Assembly: GCA_002368955.1 (NCBI GenBank)
Contig: DFDY01000125.1
Span: forward strand, 20,049 to 78,841
From: Bacteroidales bacterium UBA3816
GTDB taxonomy: Bacteria > Bacteroidota > Bacteroidia > Bacteroidales > P3
Reading direction: 5' to 3'
Length of the DNA stretch: 58,793 nucleotides
Every line of letters starts with the position of its first letter. The stretch's first letter is position 1. Under the pieces are notes generated by a model. The model was not told the DNA's origin. It worked only from the letters and a program-made list of their open reading frames with translations, and made no database searches. Of the stretch, positions 17,424 to 25,000 are shown in pieces. Made by a program: the position numbers and the translations under genes.

Positions 17424-18980
17424 ATGAATATCCATATTGTACAACACGACATCGTCACTAACAATCCAGAAGAAAACCTGAAATGGATACTTGAAGAACT
17501 GGAGGCCCCCGAAAGTAAGGAGGCATTGCTGACAGTCTTTCCGGCCTGCACGCTGTGCGGGTCGCCCCTGTTTGGCTCGGTGGCCTACACCGACCTGCAA
17601 AAACGGGCCCAGGCCTGCCTGCAGGAACTCATCCAGCGGTCGGAACACCGCGCCTTCCTGGTGGGCATGCCGCTGCAGATTCAGGACAAAGGCCTGTGCA
17701 ACGCCATTGTCTTTGTGCAGAACTGCGCCATCCGCGGCATCATCACCAAAAAATATCTGGCCCCCGACGAGCAAAAATACTTTGTGCGTGGCGAGGGGGT
17801 GCAGGTGATACAGTATCAGGAACAGTCCATCGCCATTGGCTTCTACGAAGACTTGAAGGAGCTTTCCAAGTCGCACTTGGAGCAGCCCGACATGGTGGTT
17901 TGCTGCGGGTGCAACGTGTTTGACTACAACAAACCCTACCGCATCCGCTACCGTATGCACAAGATAGTGGAGAACCTCAACGCCTCGTTGGTCTTTGTCA
18001 ACCGCATTGGCGGCGAGGGCAGTTTCCTCTTTGCGGGCGGCAGCATGGCGCTGAACGCTGCAGGATCGGTGCTGTGCCAGTTCCCCTACTTCGAGCAGCA
18101 TGCCCAGACCGTGGACTTGCAACTGCTTGACGAATGCGACGACCCCAAACCCGAGGCGGTGGAACTGGTCTACAAGGCCCTCATCATGGGCCTGCGCGAC
18201 TATTTCCGCAAGAACGGCATGCAGCGTTGCGTGGTTGGCCTCAGCGGTGGCATGGACAGCGCCATGGTGTGCGCCTTGGCGGCCCAGGCCCTGGGCCCCG
18301 AAAACGTTCATGGCATCCTGATGCCCTCGCAGTATTCTACCGACCATTCGGTCAAGGATGCCGTAGACTTGGCCAATAATCTGGGCGTGGCCTACGACAT
18401 CGTGCCCATCAAGCCCATGTTCGACACCCTGCGCGAGAGCCTGCGGCCCCTCTTTGGCGACCGTCCCGAGGACGTGACCGAGGAGAACCTACAGGCACGC
18501 ATCCGCGGCACCATCGTCATGGCCTATGCCAACAAGTTCGGTGCCGTCATGCTGAACACCTCCAACAAGTCGGAGGACGCCATGGGCTACGGCACTCTCT
18601 ACGGCGACTGCAACGGTGGCATCAGCGTTATCGGCGACCTCTACAAGACCGAGGTCTACGAACTGGCCGAATACATCAACCGCAACGGCGAAATCATCCC
18701 CCAGAACACCATCACCAAGGCCCCGTCGGCCGAGTTGCGCCCCGGACAGAAGGACTCCGACTCGCTGCCCGAGTACCCCCTGCTGGACGCTATTTTGAAC
18801 CTCCATATAGAGGAACAAATGTGTTTCGACGAGATTGTAGAGGAAGGCTATGACCCCGAAGTGGTGGCTATGGTGCTGCGCAAGGTGCGTCAAAACGAGT
18901 GGAAACGTATGCAGTGTCCGCCCGTGCTCAAGGTCTCGCCCATGTCTTTCAACATCGACCGCAAAGTGCCTATCAGTTAA
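17424..18980 (+). CDS. nadE: Glutamine-dependent NAD+ synthase
   Basis: Start moved to ATG 17424 (MNIHIVQHD...). N-terminal CN-hydrolase-like half plus a C-terminal NAD synthetase with the SGGMDSA PP-loop. Confidence 0.85.
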   Translation: MNIHIVQHDIVTNNPEENLKWILEELEAPESKEALLTVFPACTLCGSPLFGSVAYTDLQKRAQACLQELIQRSEHRAFLVGMPLQIQDKGLCNAIVFVQNCAIRGIITKKYLAPDEQKYFVRGEGVQVIQYQEQSIAIGFYEDLKELSKSHLEQPDMVVCCGCNVFDYNKPYRIRYRMHKIVENLNASLVFVNRIGGEGSFLFAGGSMALNAAGSVLCQFPYFEQHAQTVDLQLLDECDDPKPEAVELVYKALIMGLRDYFRKNGMQRCVVGLSGGMDSAMVCALAAQALGPENVHGILMPSQYSTDHSVKDAVDLANNLGVAYDIVPIKPMFDTLRESLRPLFGDRPEDVTEENLQARIRGTIVMAYANKFGAVMLNTSNKSEDAMGYGTLYGDCNGGISVIGDLYKTEVYELAEYINRNGEIIPQNTITKAPSAELRPGQKDSDSLPEYPLLDAILNLHIEEQMCFDEIVEEGYDPEVVAMVLRKVRQNEWKRMQCPPVLKVSPMSFNIDRKVPIS

Positions 18981-19001
18981 TTCCCGTCAGACAATAATTG
19001 A

Positions 19002-19035
19002 GGCGGCAGCCACTCGGGTTAAAGTGGCTGCCGCC
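19002..19035 (+). terminator. 13-bp GC-rich hairpin after nadE
   Basis: GGCGGCAGCCACT-8 nt-AGTGGCTGCCGCC; the trailing T-run is weak. Confidence 0.5.
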
Positions 19036-19053
19036 TGCTTTGTATAACGGTAA

Positions 19054-19080
19054 ACGCCCGCACCGGAATGGTGCGGGCGT
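19054..19080 (-). terminator. Hairpin after the convergent transporter gene
   Basis: ACGCCCGCACC-GGAA-(T)GGTGCGGGCGT; on the minus strand it is followed by TTTACCGTTAT. Confidence 0.45.
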
Positions 19081-19106
19081 TGTAGTATGGATTGGAAAAT
19101 GAAGCT

Positions 19107-20405
19107 CTAGAGTAAGATGACCAGCACCTGTGCCGCCAGAATGCGCAGGAACATGGTTAGGGGATAGACAGTGGTGTAGGCTACCGAGCTCTCATTGTTG
19201 GGGCAGAGGGTGTTGCTGAAGGCCAGGGCAGGAGGGTCGGTATGCGAACCGGCGATGAGGCCGGCCACCGAATAAATGCTCAGGTTGAAGCAGTAACGGC
19301 CGATGAGCCCCACTATGAAGCAGGGGATGATGGTGATGAGGAAACCATAGATGACCCACATGTAGCCACCGCCCGCAATGGTCTGTATGAACCCGTCGCC
19401 AGCACCGAGACCCACCGAGGCCATGAAGAGGCTGATGCCCGTCTCGCGCAGCATCAGGTTGGCCGACTTGGTGGTATGGGTGGGGAACCGCAGGTCGGGA
19501 CCAATATAGGAGATGATGATGGAAACAATCAACGGGCCACCGGCCAGACCCAGCCTTACGGCCACGGGTATGCCGGGGAAATAGATGGGCACCATGCCGA
19601 GGATGACACCTAGGGCGATGCCAATGAAGATATAGAACAGATGGGGCTTGTTGTCGCGTTCGTTCAAGCGGTTCTGGGCCGCAATACGCGAGGCGCGGGA
19701 CTTCTTGGCCTCAATCTTGGCTTGGTCTTTGGCGGCGCGCTTGTCGTCGTGGGTCTGCAGGCGTTCGGTCATTTTGCGGATAAGCATCAAACCGTTGAAC
19801 GGGGCGTTCTGTTGGAAGAGTGCGTCCTCGTCCTTCCCCTGTTTCAGGAAGATAGAACGCAGCACCACTATGCTCATGATGATGCCCAGCACGCCGAGGG
19901 GATAGGCCACGGCATAGCCCTGTGCAAACATGGGATTGCTGACGCCCTCGTGGATGTCGGAGAAAGTCTGCTGTGCGGCACCAAGACCAGGGGTGTTGGT
20001 CACAGCACCATAAAGGGCACCAATCATGGCCTCGGTAGGCTCGCCGCTCACTTTGATGAACAGCACGGTCAGCAGGCATCCCAGCACTATGGCCAACACG
20101 GCCAGCAGGTTCAGACGGACGCCGCCCGACTTCAGCGAGTGGAAAAAACCCGGACCTACCTCCAGACCAATGGAATAGATAAAGAGGATGAGGCCAAACT
20201 CTTTGGCGAAATGAGACACGTGCGGGTCAATGCCTATGCCCAGCTGTCCCAGCAGGATGCCCACGAAAAGAATCCAGGTTACGCCCAGAGAGATGCCGCG
20301 AAAGCGGATAAGTTGAAGTGCCATGCCCGCCGCTATCACCAGCGACAGTATCAGCACGGAGTTGGCAACGCTCGGTTGCGTGAATAAATCAGTAAACCAA
20401 TTCAT
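19107..20405 (-). CDS. AAE-family (YidE/YbjL-like) putative transporter, short form
   Basis: N-terminus MNWFTDLF...GISLGVTWILFVGILLGQ and two hydrophobic halves as in aspartate:alanine exchanger-type proteins. The halves are joined by a charged linker of about 70 aa. Confidence 0.7.
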   Translation of the reverse strand: MNWFTDLFTQPSVANSVLILSLVIAAGMALQLIRFRGISLGVTWILFVGILLGQLGIGIDPHVSHFAKEFGLILFIYSIGLEVGPGFFHSLKSGGVRLNLLAVLAIVLGCLLTVLFIKVSGEPTEAMIGALYGAVTNTPGLGAAQQTFSDIHEGVSNPMFAQGYAVAYPLGVLGIIMSIVVLRSIFLKQGKDEDALFQQNAPFNGLMLIRKMTERLQTHDDKRAAKDQAKIEAKKSRASRIAAQNRLNERDNKPHLFYIFIGIALGVILGMVPIYFPGIPVAVRLGLAGGPLIVSIIISYIGPDLRFPTHTTKSANLMLRETGISLFMASVGLGAGDGFIQTIAGGGYMWVIYGFLITIIPCFIVGLIGRYCFNLSIYSVAGLIAGSHTDPPALAFSNTLCPNNESSVAYTTVYPLTMFLRILAAQVLVILL

Positions 20406-20514
20406 TTTTTTGAGTTACATTTATTTTTTTACCTATAAAATGAAACTCGGAGGACAGTGCATTCTTCTGACGTACACGGCGTTAGAAGGTTCGACCTAGT
20501 TTCGATTACGGGTG

Positions 20515-20522
20515 CAAAGATA
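20515..20522 (-). promoter_or_regulatory. -7 promoter box (TATCTTTG on the minus strand) for the transporter gene
   Basis: Plus strand reads CAAAGATA, about 110 nt upstream of ATG 20405. Confidence 0.5.
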
Positions 20523-20639
20523 CAAAAGGTTTTTCATTTGGGCAAAAAAACTTCGTTCAACTACTCAGAAATCCAACGGCACAGGGTGGGCAGCCAGCCG
20601 CCAGACACAGAACCACCAATTAAAGTTACCATCCGGCCA

Positions 20640-20676
20640 GTCCCATGCGGCGTGTTCCAGACACGCCGCATGGGAC
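20640..20676. repeat. Perfect 16-bp inverted repeat (hairpin) GTCCCATGCGGCGTGT-TCCAG-ACACGCCGCATGGGAC
   Basis: Read directly; no flanking T-run on either strand. Confidence 0.85.
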
Positions 20677-20791
20677 GCTATTGGGATTATGGGCCTCAGA
20701 ATACATGGTGCTGAATGGTTATCAATTAGGAATTGCACCGTTAATCTGTGTTAAATATGACTGAAGAGATTGTGTATTGGAAAAAACTTCG

Positions 20792-20799
20792 TATTTTTG
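20792..20799 (+). promoter_or_regulatory. -7 promoter box TATTTTTG upstream of riboswitch copy 1
   Basis: TAnnTTTG about 60 nt before the aptamer. Confidence 0.5.
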
Positions 20800-20857
20800 C
20801 ACCCGATTTGGTCATCCAAAAAACGAGGTTTGTTTGCTGTAGACAAATGAAATCTAG

Positions 20858-21022
20858 TTTTTTGGCTGTTAAAAGGGAATTAGGTGAAAGTCCTGAACAG
20901 TCCCGCTGCTGTGAGCTCCAAAACAAACCGCAGCCCAGAAAAGGAAAAGAAAGTCACTGTGTGTCGGCAAGGCACATGGGAAGACGGGCCCCGCGGGGAG
21001 CAAGTCAGAATACCTGCCAAGT
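20858..21022 (+). promoter_or_regulatory. Cobalamin riboswitch, copy 1 (orphan); boundaries approximate
   Basis: AAAAGGGAAUUAGGUGAAAGUCCUGAACAGUCCCGCUGCUGUGAGC ... GUCACUGUGUGUCGGCAAGGCACAUGGGAAGAC ... AGUCAGAAUACCUGCCAAG (B12 box). Confidence 0.85.
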
Positions 21023-21372
21023 CAATTTTTTTTGAAGCTCTCGAGGAAGAAGCATAGAAAAAGCGTCAAGGTCAAGCAAGGCGGAACAGTGCCCGTCCCC
21101 ATTGTGCCGATTCGCATCTTCACTTTGTCCCCAAGTGTTTCAAAGTATTATTGAGGAACAGGAGATTGCTGTTCCCCTGGAGTGCTGAGTGTTTGGTTAA
21201 TTATTGGTTAAATAAATTGTTTTATTGCTACTATCATACGGTCCCCCTCCGGTGCGGAGGGGGCTGCGACAGGGCTCAAAAGGTCAGCACCCACCCAACG
21301 AGAAAGAGAGAAATGCGGCATTAGTTTCCTTATATTATTATTTTGTCTCATATCATCCATAATGCCGAGCGG

Positions 21373-21401
21373 CGGCCCCAAGGTCTGGGGCCGTTTTTTT
21401 T
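21373..21401 (+). terminator. Intrinsic terminator closing the riboswitch-1 transcript
   Basis: CGGCCCCA-AGGTC-TGGGGCCG followed by T8. Confidence 0.8.
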
Positions 21402-21546
21402 GTGGCGGCCTGGGGGTGTGTGGCGGCCAGGGCGGTCGGCAGGCGATGGGTGTGGATGGGGGGCAACGAGGTAGTGCGATAAATATTTATGGGTCGAATA
21501 TGTCCGGAGAAAAGTATAATTCTTTTTGCGTATTAAATATTTTTGC

Positions 21547-21554
21547 TATCTTTG
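21547..21554 (+). promoter_or_regulatory. -7 promoter box TATCTTTG upstream of riboswitch copy 2
   Basis: TAnnTTTG about 35 nt before the aptamer. Confidence 0.55.
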
Positions 21555-21584
21555 CATCTCAATTTGGTCGCCAAGGGTGGCGGT

Positions 21585-21772
21585 TAGTTGGCTGAGGCTA
21601 AGCTGACTGCTGTCTACGGCGTTAAAAGGGAATCGGGTGAAAATCCCGAACAGTCCCGCTGCTGTAAGCTCAAAAAACAGCCCGAATCCCCCATAAGGAG
21701 TCCACTGTGCGGTGCAATAGCCGCATGGGAAGGCAGGGGAGGAGGGGAGCAAAGTCAGAAGACCTGCCAAGT
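21585..21772 (+). promoter_or_regulatory. Cobalamin riboswitch, copy 2, in the leader of the 1735-aa gene; boundaries approximate
   Basis: AAAAGGGAAUCGGGUGAAAAUCCCGAACAGUCCCGCUGCUGUAAGC ... UCCACUGUGCGGUGCAAUAGCCGCAUGGGAAGGC ... AGUCAGAAGACCUGCCAAG (B12 box). Confidence 0.9.
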
Positions 21773-22014
21773 TGAAAGATTTGTTGAACGCTTTCGAGGA
21801 AAGGCGAGGCAAAGAGTTGTGTGTGTGTGGCGATGGGTGACAGAGGAGTTCTAATAGGCCGAATTCTGGGTGTGGCAGGTGCCACAGGTTGTTCACTTTT
21901 TTTCGCGCGCACATTTCCCTCCCCCTTGAGTTTCTGTAGAGAGCTATTTATTAACCCGTCGCCCACATGAGTCGGGCGGCACAAAACAATTAATTTAAAA
22001 TAGTTTCTAAAACT

Positions 22015-25000
22015 ATGCTCAAAAAACTAACAACGCTATGTGCGGGTCTGCTGATGGCAGCAGGTCTGCACGCTCAGGGCCAGGACAACAACAGGCTGTA
22101 CGGAAACCCGCAGCAGGCTGGCCAGGGCATCTACAGGACGATGCAGCAGGGTTCCAAGGGTATTTCTTTCTCGACCGACGACATCGAGTTCTGGTGCGGC
22201 ACCGGCTCCAACGAGGGCACGGTGATCATTGCCTGGGACGACAGCGGCACCGAAACCGCCTACGTGTGGGGCGTGCGCTGGAATGGTTCCAACACCGCCC
22301 TGGGCATGATGGATTCCATTGCTGCCCACGACAGTCGGCTGACGTTCAGCTACACCAGCAGCCTCATGGGCAACGTGCAGTACAGCGACGGCACCACCAC
22401 CCTCAGCAGCTCCACTAACGGCTGGTGCTACTACCTCAACGGCAGCTGGGCAATGAACGCCTACGGCAACCAGCCGGTGGCCGACGGCGATGTGATTGAG
22501 GTGAGTGCCACCTGCATGTTCACCATGACCACGGCCACCGCCGTCGCCGACCCCAACCCCTCGGCCCCCCACGGCAGCACCCGTGTGAGCGTGGGCAACG
22601 GCACGGTGGGTACCAACCTCACCCCTTTCTGCACCTACTACAACCACGGCACCACCGAGTTGCTCTACACGGCGTCTGAGCTCAACTACTGGTCAGGTGT
22701 GGTCGACACCCTTTGGTTTGAGGCCAACTCGGGCGGCAACATGCCCTACTCTCACCTGAAGATATACATGGGCACTACCTCTGCCACACAACTCACCTCA
22801 TGGGAGTCGCTGGACAATCTTCAGCTGGTCTACAGCAACGATTACGGCTACCTTACCAGCACTGCCGGGTGGGAGCCCTTTGTGCTCAACACCCCTTACT
22901 ACTACAACGGCACCGACAACCTCGTGGTGGTCACCTGCCGCCAGGGCACCATCTACAGCTCCAACCAGACCTACCGCTATACCAGCACTGACGGCCGCGC
23001 CCTCTATCTCCAGAGCGACGACAGTTCCAGCTTCGGCACCCTGGCCGGCGCCGCCCGCAACACCCCCACCACTACCCTCTACCGCACCAATCTGCGACTG
23101 AGCATCGACACCCTCGGCACCATTCCCTGTCCCCGACCGGACAGCTTGGCTGTGGACAGCCTCAGCCCCTACTACGCCCACCTGAACTGGCAGACCGACC
23201 GTCCCGCGGGCGGATGGGCGCTCACCTTCAGCCCTGCCGTCGGCGGCACCACCGACACCGTGGTGAGCGTGGCCGGCATTGATCTGAACGGCCTCGTCCC
23301 CTCCACTGAGTACACTGTCACTGTCCGCACCATCTGCGACGCGGGTGACACCAGCCGTGCCGTCAGCATCGACTTCGTGGCCCCCTGCCTGGCCCTGACT
23401 GCCGCCGACCTGCCCTATGTTGAGGACTTCAACGGCTATGCCATGGGGTCGGACGAAGCCATCAGCCCCTGCTGGAACAAAGGCACCAACTACAGTTCCT
23501 ACAACTATCCCTACACCTATCGCAGCACCAATATCGACGGTTCCAACTGCCTCTACTTCTATGCCTACCGACCCTCGTCCTCCTATTCCACGCGTGTCTA
23601 CAGCTATGCCGCCCTGCCCGCGTATGACGGCGACCTTAGCGGCCTGATGCTGCAGTTTGACATGCGCAGCTACAGCGGCACCAGCAGCAATCCCGACCGC
23701 TATTGCAGCCGCATGATAGTGGGCGTGATGTCCGACCCCACCGACACCTCCACCTTCGAGCCGGTCGACACGGTCAGCATTGCCACCCTCAACACCGTCA
23801 TGCACGCCCAGGTCTATTTTGAGAACTACAGCGGCAGTGGCCGCTATGTGGCCCTGATGGACCTGCCCATCGACTCGGCCGACATGCCTGTGCGCGGCAC
23901 TCTGCCCACCTATAGCTGGATTTATGTGGACAACGTTGTCCTTGCCCCCATCCCCACCTGCCGCCCGGTGAGCGACCTGACGGTCCAGGCCCTCGACCAC
24001 AACAGCGCCACCCTCTCGTGGCATGAGAACGGCAACGCCACCAGTTGGGTCATTGGCTACGGCAGCACCAGCCTTGAGGTGAGCACCAATCCCTACACCC
24101 TCACAGGCCTCGCCGGCAGCACCGCCTACACTATCGGTGTGGCCCCCCTTTGCTCCGCCATCGACACCGGCGAGGTGAGCACCGTCAGCATCACCACTGA
24201 CTGCGACCCCGTGCCAGTGCCTTTCGTCGACGACTTTGAGGGCTATGGCGCAGGTAGTTCCGCCGTGATGAACACCTGCTACCGCAAGGGCACCAACTAC
24301 TCCACCGCCTATCCCTATCCTGCCAACTCCCACACCACGGCCACCAGCAGCCGCTGCCTCTCCTTCTATGGCTCCGCCAGCTGTTACAGCTACCTGGCCT
24401 TCCCAGCCATGGACACGGCCATCAGCCAGCTGGTCCTCTCCTTTAAGGCCCTCAAGACCAACGAAGCCTACGGAGTCTTCTATGTGGGCACCATGTCCAA
24501 TGCCAACGACCTGAGCACCTTTGAGCCCTACGACACCGTGGTGGTCAACGGTCTGGACCAGTGGGAGGACAAGGACGTGGTCTTTGCCAACTATAGCGGC
24601 ACCGCCACCCATATTGCCATCCTCACCCGCGCCAGTGCCACCGGCGCAACGCAGTATGCCTTCGTTGACGATGTGATGATAGACATTGTGCCCACCTGCT
24701 TCAATGTTTCCGACCTGCATTCAGTGGACAGCCTCGCCACTTCCTCCAGCCTCACGCTGAGCTGGACCGACCATAGCGCGGCCATCGGCTATCAGATTGG
24801 CTACAAGAGGCACTCCTACGACCCCTTCACCTATGTCACCGCCACCGCTAACCCCTACACCCTTGGCGGCCTGCTGCCCAACACCGACTATATCCTCTCC
24901 GTGACTCCGGTCTGCGCCGTGGGCGACACTGCCTGGACGCGTCTCTGCACCGGCCACACCACCTGCGCCGACACCACCCCCTTGCCCTACGCCGAGAACT

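Noticed and set aside
21362-21914. Track ORFs 21362..21595(+), 21546..21914(-), 21588..21854(+) and 21670..21984(-). Also a 50-codon minus-strand ORF at about 21211-21360.
   Set aside because: They run through an intrinsic terminator, a promoter box or the riboswitch aptamer. Their translations are low-complexity, with no start context. The region is better explained as regulatory or noncoding RNA.
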